Position numbers and translations under genes: made by a program. From IMG/VR virus record IMGVR_UViG_3300020432_000004: 64,000 bases of DNA; one strand, given 5' to 3'. Shown here piece after piece: positions 39,264 through 49,101 of this stretch (position 1 is its first letter; each line of letters begins with the position of its first letter). This stretch comes from a virus. Lineage: Duplodnaviria; Caudoviricetes. Below the pieces are notes generated by a model, which was given only the letters and a program-made list of their open reading frames with translations, did no database searches and was not told the DNA's origin.

Positions 39264-39368
39264 ATGAAAAATTTACCAATAACATCCTCGTTAATTATCT
39301 TTGTAACTATAGGCACAGCACTATGGTTTTATCCCCAATACGCTTGGGCACATCCTATATTAGTATGA
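39264..39368 (+). CDS. 34-aa hydrophobic peptide (MKNLPITSSLIIFVTIGTALWFYPQYAWAHPILV)
   Basis: Own translation; its stop overlaps the PTOX ATG (ATGA). Confidence 0.6.
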   Translation: MKNLPITSSLIIFVTIGTALWFYPQYAWAHPILV

Positions 39369-39865
39369 AAAAATTTAATACATGGGTCTTGGATACTACA
39401 ATCTATATCCTTGACTTTCTCTACAGAGGTAGAGACTTCCAGAGGTTCTGGGTTCTAGAGGTGATAGCAAGAGCACCTTACTTTTCATTTATCAGTGTGT
39501 TACATTTTCGTGAATCATTAGGACTTAGAGGAGAAGAACACATATACTTAATGAAGGAGCACTTCTATCAAGCATTAAATGAGACCGAGCATCTGGAGGA
39601 AATGGAGACTAGGGAGGGCAATAAGTACTGGATTGATCGGTTCTTTGCCAAGCACCTTGTTCTGGTTTATTATTGGATCATGGTTGGGTATTATCTCATT
39701 GATCCTGTTAACGCTTATGACATCAACATGAAGATAGAGAAACATGCATACGAGACATATACAAAATATAGTGCATGGCATCCAGAAGATAAGAAGATAG
39801 CAGAGATAGCAGAAGACGAATTGAAGCATGCAAAAGAACTACACCACGCAATGTCAATGATATGA
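39365..39865 (+). CDS. ptoX: Plastoquinol terminal oxidase (PTOX, alternative oxidase family)
   Basis: RFWVLEVIARAPYF, NETEHL, IEKHAYETY and EDELKH provide the di-iron ligands; the likely start is MKKFN at 39365. Confidence 0.95.
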   Translation: MKKFNTWVLDTTIYILDFLYRGRDFQRFWVLEVIARAPYFSFISVLHFRESLGLRGEEHIYLMKEHFYQALNETEHLEEMETREGNKYWIDRFFAKHLVLVYYWIMVGYYLIDPVNAYDINMKIEKHAYETYTKYSAWHPEDKKIAEIAEDELKHAKELHHAMSMI

Positions 39866-39966
39866 TCGTCTGGAGTATTGTATGGATGATTGCAATACTT
39901 GTCATTTGTGTGAGTGTTGTGATATACTACATATTAAGATTCGATCATTTCTGGCCAAATGAATAA
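39862..39966 (+). CDS. 34-aa single-TM peptide (MIVWSIVWMIAILVICVSVVIYYILRFDHFWPNE)
   Basis: Own translation; ATGA overlap with PTOX and overlap with the next ORF. Confidence 0.6.
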   Translation: MIVWSIVWMIAILVICVSVVIYYILRFDHFWPNE

Positions 39967-40231
39967 GATTTTCATTACATGTATTGTTGGTGCAATAGCA
40001 TGGTGTGCTGCAGCATCAGCAGGAACTCTTATTGATATTGATCGTGAACAATTTTATGATGATCTTTGGGAAGGATATAGAAAGGCAGTCATAGAAAAAA
40101 ATATGGAAAATGCCACCCCTGTTGAAGATTCTATAAATAGTGCACTAGAGGATTTTTGGGAGCAAGAACATGGGAGCAATGGTTCCACCAAGTCGGAAGA
40201 GTTGTTACAACTTCCGAGTAGTGTCGATTGA
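39959..40231 (+). CDS. Hypothetical protein with signal-peptide-like N-terminus
   Basis: MNKIFITCIVGAIAWCAAASA followed by an acidic domain. Confidence 0.6.
   Translation: MNKIFITCIVGAIAWCAAASAGTLIDIDREQFYDDLWEGYRKAVIEKNMENATPVEDSINSALEDFWEQEHGSNGSTKSEELLQLPSSVD
40132..40139 (+). promoter_or_regulatory. Late promoter (TATAAATA)
   Basis: Exact consensus upstream of the nuclease and g17. Confidence 0.75.
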
Positions 40232-40634
40232 TAGAGTTGTTGATGGTGATACCATTGATGTTTCAATAGACTTAGGATTTGATCTTATTAAAAAAGAAAG
40301 AGTACGCGTAGCAGGTGTTGATACTCCTGAGAAGAGAACTAGAGACTTAGAAGAAAAAGCATTAGGTATTGATGCTACTAACTGGATGAAGAAAAACTTA
40401 GAGGAAACTTTAGATGGAGATGAGGAACTTACTATCAGAACCGAACTCGTCGGTGGCATGGGTAAGTATGGTAGGCTTCTTGGTTGGTTATATGTCGGGG
40501 ATGATGATGTATCACTTAATGAAAAAATGATTGATGAAGGATATGCATGGGCATATGATGGTGGTACAAAACAGAAAAATTTTGAAGAGTTGAGAGAGAT
40601 AAGAAGATCAAAAGGAACTTTACTTGAGGGATAA
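40170..40634 (+). CDS. Staphylococcal nuclease (SNase/thermonuclease)-like endonuclease
   Basis: RVVDGDTI, RVAGVDTPE, GKYGRLLG, LNEKMIDEGYA. Confidence 0.9.
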   Translation: MGAMVPPSRKSCYNFRVVSIDRVVDGDTIDVSIDLGFDLIKKERVRVAGVDTPEKRTRDLEEKALGIDATNWMKKNLEETLDGDEELTIRTELVGGMGKYGRLLGWLYVGDDDVSLNEKMIDEGYAWAYDGGTKQKNFEELREIRRSKGTLLEG

Positions 40635-42283
40635 TGGCACAACAGGAAGTATACTTAGGTAATCCTAATCTTAAAAAAGCAAACGTTTCTCAGAATTTTA
40701 CTAAGAAACAAGTTGCTGAGTATTTGAAATGTGTAGAAGATCCTATCTACTTTATTAGAACATATATTAAAATCGTTTCACTAGACGAGGGTATCATACC
40801 ATTTAAGATGTATGATTTCCAAGAGAGTATGGTAGGTAAGTTTCATAAACATAGATTTAATATTGCTAAGTTACCTCGTCAGTCTGGTAAATCAACAATC
40901 GTTACAGCATATCTATTATGGTATGTGCTATTCAATGATAATGTAAATGTCGCAATCCTCGCAAACAAAGCCCCAACTGCAAGAGAAATGTTGGGACGCT
41001 TACAATTATCTTACGAGAATCTTCCTAGATGGTTGCAACAAGGTATCTTGGGGTGGAACAAAGGAAGCTTGGAGTTGGAGAACGGAAGTAAGATCCTCGC
41101 TTCAAGTACTAGTGCTTCTGCTGTTCGCGGTATGTCCTTTAACATTATATTTCTGGACGAGTTCGCGTTCGTTCCGAATCATATTGCTGAACAGTTCTTT
41201 GCTAGTGTGTATCCTACTATATCTTCTGGTAAAAAAACAAAAGTTATTATTATTTCTACACCTCATGGGATGAACCAATACTATAAGTTATGGCACGATG
41301 CTGAACGTGGTGCTAATAACTATGTTGCAACTGAGGTTCATTGGTCTCAAGTACCTGGCAGAGATGCTAAATGGAAACAACAAACTATTGAGAATACATC
41401 TGAAGCACAGTTCAGAGTTGAGTTTGACTGTGAGTTCTTAGGATCTGTTGATACTCTTATATCTCCTAGTAAATTAGGTGCTATGCCATATGATGATCCT
41501 ATTAAACAAAACAGAGGTCTAGCAATATATGAAGAAAGAATAGAAGATCATAATTATATTGTAACTGTTGATGTATCTCGTGGTATTGGTGGTGACTACT
41601 CAGCATTCTGTGTTGTAGATACTACAACCATACCTTACAAATTAGTTGCTAGATATAAAAACAATGAAATAAAACCAATAGTCTTACCTAATATTATTGT
41701 TGATGTATGTAAACATTATAATAATGCATATGTTCTATGTGAGGTAAATGATATAGGTGGACAGGTAGCAGACATCATTCAATATGATTTGGAATATGAG
41801 AATCTATTAATGGCTGCTATGCGTGGTAGAGCAGGTCAACAACTAGGACAAGGTTTCTCTGGTAAGAAAACACAACTTGGTGTGAAGATGAGTACTGCAG
41901 TTAAACAAGTTGGTTGTTCTAATCTTAAGGCATTAATAGAAGATGATAAATTATTAGTTACAGATTATGACACTATATCTGAACTGACTACATTTATTCA
42001 GAAAGGTCAATCATTCCAAGCAGAAGATGGATGTCATGATGATCTTGCTATGTGTCTTGTTATTTTTGGATGGATGGCAATGCAAGAATACTTTAAAGAG
42101 ATGCATGATAATGATGTCAGAGCAAGAATATATGCGGATCAAAGAGATGCTATAGAACAAGATATGGCTCCATTTGGATTTATTAATGACGGATTAGAAG
42201 ATGATGTTATTGTTGATGCACAGGGAGAAAGATGGGAACTCGCGGAATATGGTGATGTTCAACACATGCTTGACTTTAGGTGA
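40634..42283 (+). CDS. g17: Terminase large subunit gp17
   Basis: PRQSGKS Walker A, IIFLDEFAF Walker B, DVSRG and HDDLAM nuclease motifs. Confidence 0.97.
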   Translation: MAQQEVYLGNPNLKKANVSQNFTKKQVAEYLKCVEDPIYFIRTYIKIVSLDEGIIPFKMYDFQESMVGKFHKHRFNIAKLPRQSGKSTIVTAYLLWYVLFNDNVNVAILANKAPTAREMLGRLQLSYENLPRWLQQGILGWNKGSLELENGSKILASSTSASAVRGMSFNIIFLDEFAFVPNHIAEQFFASVYPTISSGKKTKVIIISTPHGMNQYYKLWHDAERGANNYVATEVHWSQVPGRDAKWKQQTIENTSEAQFRVEFDCEFLGSVDTLISPSKLGAMPYDDPIKQNRGLAIYEERIEDHNYIVTVDVSRGIGGDYSAFCVVDTTTIPYKLVARYKNNEIKPIVLPNIIVDVCKHYNNAYVLCEVNDIGGQVADIIQYDLEYENLLMAAMRGRAGQQLGQGFSGKKTQLGVKMSTAVKQVGCSNLKALIEDDKLLVTDYDTISELTTFIQKGQSFQAEDGCHDDLAMCLVIFGWMAMQEYFKEMHDNDVRARIYADQRDAIEQDMAPFGFINDGLEDDVIVDAQGERWELAEYGDVQHMLDFR

Positions 42284-42294
42284 CGTTTCAAAAA

Positions 42295-42302
42295 TATAAA
42301 TA
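42295..42302 (+). promoter_or_regulatory. Late promoter (TATAAATA)
   Basis: Exact consensus upstream of g18. Confidence 0.8.
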
Positions 42303-42343
42303 ATCTTAGACAACCGCTAATGGCATTCTAGGAGTATATAAAC

Positions 42344-44596
42344 ATGGCAGCGAATCAATCATCGCCAGGTGTAGTAGTACAAGAGAGAGATCTGACAACT
42401 GTCTCTACAGTATCAACTGCGAATATTGGTGTAATGGCAGCCCCCTTTGAGTTGGGACCTGTAGAAGAAATCGTTGAGGTCTCAAGTGAGAGACAATTAG
42501 CAGAACAGTTTGGTGAACCAAATGACTACAACTATGAGTATTGGTTTACTGCTGCACAGTATCTTGCATACGGAGGTACACTTAAGACAGTCCGTGTTGC
42601 ATCATCAACCTTAAAGAACGCAGTTGACACAGGAACTGCACCTTTAATTAAAAATTTACAAGATTACGAAACAACTTTTGAAACTGCAAACAACACATTT
42701 ACATGGGTTGCAAGGACTGCAGGTGCTAAAGGTAATTCAATCGGTGTATTTGTAACAGACGCAGGTGCTGATCAAATCGCTGTTATTCCTGCTCCTGGTT
42801 CTGGTAACGACCCTGAGTTCGTTGCAGACGCTGCTATAAGTGCATCTTCTGGTGCTGCAGGTAAAGTATTCAAGTATTCCATAGTCTTAACAGTTGAGTC
42901 AGTTGTTGGTGATTTTACACCTGGTGCAACAACAACAATTAGCATTTCTGGTTCTAACGAAACAGTTAATGTTCTATCATATGACCCAACAAACCTTAAA
43001 CTAGAAATCGGATTACCTGGTGGCGGTGTTACAGGTATTATTGCTGCAGGTCAGACAATTACTCAAGGAACAAATACTTGTGATATTGCAACAAACGGAA
43101 TTGAAAGACGTTTGTATATTGCAAGTGATAAAGGAACTGTTGCTTTCGCTGCTGCTGACAGTATTCAAGATACAAACTCTACAGCATTCTCTATTACATC
43201 TGTAAGAAATGAGTATGCAGAGCGTGAGTATCTACCAGGCGTTAAGTGGATCAACGTTGCTCCACGTCCTGAGACTTCACAGTTTGCATCACAGAATGGT
43301 GGATTCAGAGATGAAATGCATGTTCTTGTGGTTGACATTGATGGTAAGATCACAGGTACTGTTGGTGCATTACTTGAGAGATTTACTGGTCTATCAAAAG
43401 CATCAGACGCTAAGACTTCTGTAGGAGAAACAAACTACTATCCAGAAGTTATTAAACAGCAATCACAATACATCTTCTGGGGTGAGCACGAATCTACAAC
43501 ATTCGCTGCTACTGGAACTGCTTCAGATGGTGTTTGGGGACAGAGTGCTCAAACACGTCAGTTCAACCTATTGCGTTCAGCAGCTGGTTCAACTGATTAC
43601 CCTGCAGGTAGAACTACCGTGGGTTCTAAAAACAATTCCACTTACTACTACAGATTCATTAACGGTGCTGATTACGGTACTTCTGGTGGATCATATACAG
43701 TATCTAACACAGATGTTGCTACAGCATATCAGTTAGTCGAGGATCCTGAGTCACAGACCATTGACTTTATTCTCGCTGGTCCTTCTGGTCCTGATGACGC
43801 AAGTGCAATCGCTAAGATTACTTCACTAACAAATATTGTTGAAGAGCGTAGAGACTGTATGTTATTTGTATCACCAAGACGTGCAAACGTTGTGGGTGTA
43901 AGTAGTGGAACGACTGTTACCACAAATATAATCAACTTCTTTAAGCAACTACCAAGTAGTTCTTATATGGTATTTGATTCTGGATACAAATATATTTACG
44001 ACAAGTATAACGACGTTTATAGATATATCCCTTGTAACGGTGACGTAGCAGGTCTATGTTTACAGACAACTGAGACATCAGAAGCATGGTTCTCACCTGC
44101 AGGATTCCAACGTGGTGTTTTAAGAAATGCTATTAAACTAGCATATACACCAACTAAAACTCAACGTGATAACTTATACGCTAACAGAGTTAACCCAGTA
44201 GTATCATTCCCAGGACAGGGTGTAGTACTATTCGGTGATAAGACTGCTCTTGGATTTGCCAGTGCATTTGACAGAATTAACATTCGTCGTTTGTTCTTGG
44301 TTGTTGAGAGAGTTATCTCTGGTGCTGCTAAGGCACAACTCTTTGAACAGAATGATGAGTCACAAAGATCACTCTTTGTTAACATCATCGAACCATATCT
44401 AAGAGATGTTCAAGGACGTAGAGGAGTTACAGACTTTATTGTTAAGTGTGATTCTTCTAACAATACTCCAGAGGCAGTTGACCGTGGTGAGTTTTATGCG
44501 GAGATATACTTGAAACCAACCCGTACAATCAATTACATCACTCTAACATTCGTTGCAACACGGACTGGTGTTAGTTTCGGTGAGGTCGCAAGCTAG
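42344..44596 (+). CDS. g18: Tail sheath protein gp18
   Basis: SPGVVVQERD, WFSPAG, FDRINIRRLF, FVATRTGVSF. Confidence 0.97.
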   Translation: MAANQSSPGVVVQERDLTTVSTVSTANIGVMAAPFELGPVEEIVEVSSERQLAEQFGEPNDYNYEYWFTAAQYLAYGGTLKTVRVASSTLKNAVDTGTAPLIKNLQDYETTFETANNTFTWVARTAGAKGNSIGVFVTDAGADQIAVIPAPGSGNDPEFVADAAISASSGAAGKVFKYSIVLTVESVVGDFTPGATTTISISGSNETVNVLSYDPTNLKLEIGLPGGGVTGIIAAGQTITQGTNTCDIATNGIERRLYIASDKGTVAFAAADSIQDTNSTAFSITSVRNEYAEREYLPGVKWINVAPRPETSQFASQNGGFRDEMHVLVVDIDGKITGTVGALLERFTGLSKASDAKTSVGETNYYPEVIKQQSQYIFWGEHESTTFAATGTASDGVWGQSAQTRQFNLLRSAAGSTDYPAGRTTVGSKNNSTYYYRFINGADYGTSGGSYTVSNTDVATAYQLVEDPESQTIDFILAGPSGPDDASAIAKITSLTNIVEERRDCMLFVSPRRANVVGVSSGTTVTTNIINFFKQLPSSSYMVFDSGYKYIYDKYNDVYRYIPCNGDVAGLCLQTTETSEAWFSPAGFQRGVLRNAIKLAYTPTKTQRDNLYANRVNPVVSFPGQGVVLFGDKTALGFASAFDRINIRRLFLVVERVISGAAKAQLFEQNDESQRSLFVNIIEPYLRDVQGRRGVTDFIVKCDSSNNTPEAVDRGEFYAEIYLKPTRTINYITLTFVATRTGVSFGEVAS

Positions 44597-44612
44597 ACCT
44601 ACGATTATAACT

Positions 44613-44637
44613 AAGACCCCTTCGGGGGTCTTTTTTT
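44613..44637 (+). terminator. Rho-independent terminator with cUUCGg tetraloop
   Basis: AAGACCCC-TTCG-GGGGTCTT followed by a T-run. Confidence 0.92.
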
Positions 44638-44659
44638 ATGCTCGAAAATTTTAGTTTGT

Positions 44660-44666
44660 CTAAATA
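44660..44666 (+). promoter_or_regulatory. Late promoter variant (CTAAATA)
   Basis: Between the terminator and g19; the same variant occurs at 45281, 46926 and 46933. Confidence 0.6.
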
Positions 44667-44694
44667 CTACTGACGGAAATTCTTTATATCACCA

Positions 44695-45276
44695 ATGGCA
44701 GAAAGAGGAACTATTGACGATTTTAAAGCGAAGGTCACCTCAGACTTCGCACGTCCTAATCTATTCCAAGTTGATCTAGCCTTCCCTAATGATATACTTC
44801 AAGGAGCTGACCTCATAGATCTTGGTAAGTTTACTGTGAGAGCAGCTAATTTGCCTTCATCTCAGGTTGGTGTAATTGAAGTTCCATTTAGAGGACGAGT
44901 GCTTAAGATCGCGGGAGACAGGACATTTGAACCTTGGACTATTACTGTTATGAATGACAGTGGGTTCAAAGTTAGAACCGCATTTGAATTGTGGGCAAGT
45001 AGCATTCAAGCTTACAATGAGAACTTTACTTCAGCAGCAGGTCTTGGTGACAAGTCTGATAGTACTGGTTACTTCGCTGATATGAAAGTTCATCAGTTAG
45101 CAAGAGATCTAAAAGCAGGGGATCAACCTAAGATACTTAAATCTTACAAGTTCTATAACGTATTCCCAAGTAATATCGCAGCGATAGATCTTGACTTTGG
45201 AAACAATGATGCAGTTGAAGAGTTCACTGTTGAGTTACAAGTCCAATACTGGATGCCAGAATCGAGCCAGGACTAA
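44695..45276 (+). CDS. g19: Tail tube protein gp19
   Basis: ARPNLFQV, FRGRVLKIAGDRTFEPWTITV, EEFTVELQVQYW. Confidence 0.96.
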   Translation: MAERGTIDDFKAKVTSDFARPNLFQVDLAFPNDILQGADLIDLGKFTVRAANLPSSQVGVIEVPFRGRVLKIAGDRTFEPWTITVMNDSGFKVRTAFELWASSIQAYNENFTSAAGLGDKSDSTGYFADMKVHQLARDLKAGDQPKILKSYKFYNVFPSNIAAIDLDFGNNDAVEEFTVELQVQYWMPESSQD

Positions 45277-45312
45277 CCTCCTAAATATAACAGGAACAAT
45301 CATTAAAATATA

Positions 45313-46929
45313 ATGGCACAACAGCTCTTCGGTTTTTCACTAGAGAGAGCAAAGAAGGTTCCCAAGGGACCTTCTTTTGTTCAAAAGGATAGTTTAGATG
45401 GATCACAACCTGTAGTGGGTGGTGGTTACTATGGCTATTCTGTTGACTTTGATGGACAAATCCGTAATGAATATGAACTCATCACTCGTTATAGAGAGAT
45501 GGTTCTACAACCAGAATGTGATAGTGCAGTTGACGATGTAGTTAACGAAACTATCTGTGGTAACTTTGACGACGTACCTGTAGAATTAGAACTATCTAAT
45601 CTTAAGGTATCCGAAAAAATTAAAAAACTAATGAGAGAAGAGTTCCAAGAGATTCTTCGTTTATTAGATTTTGATAATAGATCCTATGAGATCTTCCGTA
45701 GATGGTATGTCGATGGAAGATTGTTCTATCATAAGGTTATAGATCCTAAAAAACCACGTAACGGTTTAGTCGAATTAAGATACATCGACCCTAGAAAGAT
45801 TCGTAAGGTTACTGAATACGAGCAGAAGAAACCTGGCGAATTGAGAAATGCAGACCTTAATACTCAGTTGACTCAGAAGAGTGCTGAGTATTTTCTGTAC
45901 AATCCAAAGGGACTTAGAAATTCTACTAATCAAGGACTGAAAATTGCACCAGATTCAATTACATATTGTCACTCTGGTATTCAAGACCTTAATAAAAACA
46001 TGGTCTTGTCACACTTACATAAAGCAATCAAGGCAGTTAATCAACTGCGAATGATTGAAGATAGTCTTGTAATCTATCGTTTATCAAGAGCACCAGAACG
46101 TAGAATATTCTATATCGACGTTGGTAACTTACCTAAGAACAAAGCGGAGCAATACCTTCGTGAAGTTATGGGTAGGTATAGAAACAAACTTGTATACGAT
46201 GCAAACACAGGAGAGATAAAAGATGACAAGAAATTCATGTCAATGCTCGAAGACTTCTGGTTACCCAGAAGAGAAGGGGGACGAGGTACTGAAATCTCTA
46301 CGTTGCCAGGTGGACAAAATCTTGGAGAACTTGAGGATGTCAAGTACTTCCAAAAGAAACTTTACAAATCGCTCAACGTTCCGAACTCAAGGTTAGAGAC
46401 TGAGACTACATTTAACATAGGACGTGCTGCTGAAATCACACGTGACGAAGTTAAATTCCAAAAGTTTGTCGCACGTCTACGTAAACGTTTCGGTGAACTA
46501 TTCACAGACCTTCTTAAAACACAACTCATTCTTAAGGGAATCATCTCTATTGAAGAATGGGAAGTGATGAAAGAGCACATTCAGTTTGACTACATTGCTG
46601 ACAATTACTTTACAGAACTCAAAGAGATTGAAATCCGCAATGAAAGAATGAATGAAGTTAATCAAATGGATCCTTACGTTGGTAAGTACTTCTCGATTGA
46701 ACACATTCGTCGTCAAATATTGAAACAAACTGATGTCGAGATAAAAGAGATCGACAAACAGATTGAAGCTGAAACGGAAGCAGGTTTAATCCTGTCTCCA
46801 GAAGACCAGATGGCAGCAGAGATGGGCATGATGCCAGGCGAAGAAGGAGGAGCACCTGCAGAAGGAGGAGCACCCCAAGACCCAAAGTCCGTAATTGATC
46901 CTGCGGATCAGAAGCGGGGAGAGTTCTAA
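45313..46929 (+). CDS. g20: Portal protein gp20
   Basis: YRLSRAPERRIFYIDVGNLPK, EDFWLPRREGGRGTEI. Confidence 0.98.
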   Translation: MAQQLFGFSLERAKKVPKGPSFVQKDSLDGSQPVVGGGYYGYSVDFDGQIRNEYELITRYREMVLQPECDSAVDDVVNETICGNFDDVPVELELSNLKVSEKIKKLMREEFQEILRLLDFDNRSYEIFRRWYVDGRLFYHKVIDPKKPRNGLVELRYIDPRKIRKVTEYEQKKPGELRNADLNTQLTQKSAEYFLYNPKGLRNSTNQGLKIAPDSITYCHSGIQDLNKNMVLSHLHKAIKAVNQLRMIEDSLVIYRLSRAPERRIFYIDVGNLPKNKAEQYLREVMGRYRNKLVYDANTGEIKDDKKFMSMLEDFWLPRREGGRGTEISTLPGGQNLGELEDVKYFQKKLYKSLNVPNSRLETETTFNIGRAAEITRDEVKFQKFVARLRKRFGELFTDLLKTQLILKGIISIEEWEVMKEHIQFDYIADNYFTELKEIEIRNERMNEVNQMDPYVGKYFSIEHIRRQILKQTDVEIKEIDKQIEAETEAGLILSPEDQMAAEMGMMPGEEGGAPAEGGAPQDPKSVIDPADQKRGEF

Positions 46930-46961
46930 ATACTAAATATATAATGTAGGTAACTATTATT

Positions 46962-47297
46962 ATGCCAAGCGAAATAGCACAAGGAATCGTCGATCATATA
47001 TTTGGCGATGAAAAAGCAAAAGCGGTAGATGCATTTAACGATGCAATGGCTGCTACAGCTTATGATGCAATACAAGCTCAGAAAAAAGAGTTTGCACAAA
47101 AAATGGGTTTTGAACTAGATCAAACTGCACAATCTGCAGCTGATGAACTAGAAGATAAGTTAGTAGATGACGGATCTGGTGAAACTAAGGTTGAACCTGT
47201 CTTACCTGACAGACTACCACATGAACCACCTGTTGATGCTACACCTGCATCTGTAGAAGAACCAATAGAGGAACCAAAAAATGAGACTGATAGCTGA
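46962..47297 (+). CDS. Acidic prohead-core-associated hypothetical protein
   Basis: Between g20 and g21 (the T4 g67/g68 position); acidic. Confidence 0.65.
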   Translation: MPSEIAQGIVDHIFGDEKAKAVDAFNDAMAATAYDAIQAQKKEFAQKMGFELDQTAQSAADELEDKLVDDGSGETKVEPVLPDRLPHEPPVDATPASVEEPIEEPKNETDS

Positions 47298-47925
47298 AGA
47301 GATCACTCAAGTTGATTTCCTAACTGAGGAAAAGAACGGAAAGAAGTCACACTTCATAGAAGGTATTTTCTTACAATCAGAGATCACTAATAAGAATGGA
47401 AGGATGTATCCTTTCAAAACACTTCAGAGAGAAGTCGCTAAGTACGAAGAGTCACAGATCAGAAAAGGTCGTGCACTTGGAGAACTTGGACATCCAGATG
47501 GTCCTTCAATCAACCTAGATAGGGTATCCCATAAGATAGAATCTTTGAGAGAAGATGGAAATAATTTCGTCGGTAGAGCAAAGATACTTGACACACCTAT
47601 GGGTAACATTGCATCATCACTACTAAGTGAAGGTGTAAAGTTAGGAGTTTCTTCAAGAGGAATGGGTTCTCTGAAGAAAGAATCTAATTGCAACATAGTC
47701 CAAGATGACTTTATGCTTGCAACTGCTGCTGATATAGTAGCAGATCCTTCAGCACCAGACGCATTTGTGAATGGTATCATGGAAGGAAAAGAATGGGTAT
47801 GGGACAATGGAGTTATTAAAGAAGCAAGAATAGCGGAAATTAAGAACGAAATTGATCATGCAACCCTTATAAATTTACAGGAAAAGAAGCTTTCCGCATT
47901 CGAGAAGTTTCTTAAGAGTCTGTGA
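47281..47925 (+). CDS. g21: Prohead protease gp21
   Basis: ALGELGHP, LGVSSRGMGS, DIVADPSAPDAFV. Confidence 0.96.
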   Translation: MRLIAEEITQVDFLTEEKNGKKSHFIEGIFLQSEITNKNGRMYPFKTLQREVAKYEESQIRKGRALGELGHPDGPSINLDRVSHKIESLREDGNNFVGRAKILDTPMGNIASSLLSEGVKLGVSSRGMGSLKKESNCNIVQDDFMLATAADIVADPSAPDAFVNGIMEGKEWVWDNGVIKEARIAEIKNEIDHATLINLQEKKLSAFEKFLKSL

Positions 47926-47927
47926 TT

Positions 47928-47935
47928 TATAAATA
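47928..47935 (+). promoter_or_regulatory. Late promoter (TATAAATA)
   Basis: Exact consensus upstream of g22. Confidence 0.8.
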
Positions 47936-47972
47936 AAACTGTATATAACGCTAATGTAATCGGAGTTAAACA

Positions 47973-49073
47973 ATGTCTGAGACCTCTAATAAAGAGTTAG
48001 ATAACATGGAGCAAGTGAAAGAAGACGCAGCAACTGGAACAGCAGCTATCACTAAAGGTGCGACTTCTGGAGAAAAGATTGATACTTCTCAAGGTAAGTA
48101 CACTGATATCGGTGGTTCTGATAGTAAATCATCAGAAGGTGCTAAGGGAACTGAAAATCTAGGAAGCAAAGCTGCAGCCCCTGTAGGAGTAGAAGGTGAT
48201 AAGTCTATCAAGACTAAACCATCAGCTGCAGGAACATCTAACGTAAGTGCAGGTCTTAGTGGTAAGATCTTCGATGACGTGGAGAACAAAGATGAAGAAA
48301 CAATCCAAGAACAAGAAACAGAGACAGCAGATGAAGCCAAGTACGACTTTACTGCGGATGTTGACGCTCTTGTCGGAGGTGAAGAACTATCAGAAGAGTT
48401 CAGAGACAAAGCAGTAACCATCTTTGAAGCCGCAGTCACCTCAAGAGTAAATGAGGAAACTAAAGCGTTAACTGAAGCATTTGAATCTACTCTGACTGAG
48501 GAAGTCGAGAAGATCAAAACAGAATTGGCTGAAAAAGTCGATGACTATCTATCTTATGCTGCTGAACAGTGGATCAAGGAAAATTCACTCGCTGTTGAGC
48601 ACGGTATAAAGACTGAGATGGCAGAGTCATTCTTTAACGGTCTAAAAGGTCTCTTCGTAGAGCATAACTTTAATGTTCCCGAAGAAAAATACAATCTCCT
48701 AGACGGAATGTCAGGGGAACTTGATGAAATGGAGAAAAAACTCAATGAGCAAATCGACGCTAACGTATCTTTGAACAAGAGAATTGGCGAATTTGTTAAA
48801 ATGGAAATCGTGAACGAATGTGCTGCAGGTCTCGCAGAGACACAAAAGGAGAAACTAGTTTCTCTTGCAGAGGGTGTTGAGTTTGAGAATGAAGAAGACT
48901 ATCGCAAGAGAGTCGAAACAATTAAGGAATCATATTTCACTAGGAAGGCTGAAGTTGCTGCAGAATCTGCAAAAACTGAACCCACCGAAGAAAGTTCAGA
49001 ACCCTTAGTTGAAAGTACAGCAAGCGGAACTATGTCGAAATACGTAGATGCAATCGCTCGTTGGTCCAAATAA
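47973..49073 (+). CDS. g22: Prohead core scaffold gp22
   Basis: LSEEFRDKAVTIFEAAV, KVDDYLSY, TIKESYF; lies between g21 and g23. Confidence 0.93.
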   Translation: MSETSNKELDNMEQVKEDAATGTAAITKGATSGEKIDTSQGKYTDIGGSDSKSSEGAKGTENLGSKAAAPVGVEGDKSIKTKPSAAGTSNVSAGLSGKIFDDVENKDEETIQEQETETADEAKYDFTADVDALVGGEELSEEFRDKAVTIFEAAVTSRVNEETKALTEAFESTLTEEVEKIKTELAEKVDDYLSYAAEQWIKENSLAVEHGIKTEMAESFFNGLKGLFVEHNFNVPEEKYNLLDGMSGELDEMEKKLNEQIDANVSLNKRIGEFVKMEIVNECAAGLAETQKEKLVSLAEGVEFENEEDYRKRVETIKESYFTRKAEVAAESAKTEPTEESSEPLVESTASGTMSKYVDAIARWSK

Positions 49074-49101
49074 TTAATAAACTACTTAACAAGGAGACAT
49101 A

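Noticed and set aside
39239-39364. N-terminal extension of PTOX given by the ORF track
   Set aside because: PTOX-like sequence starts at MKKFN (39365); the upstream region is better explained by the coupled 34-aa ORF.
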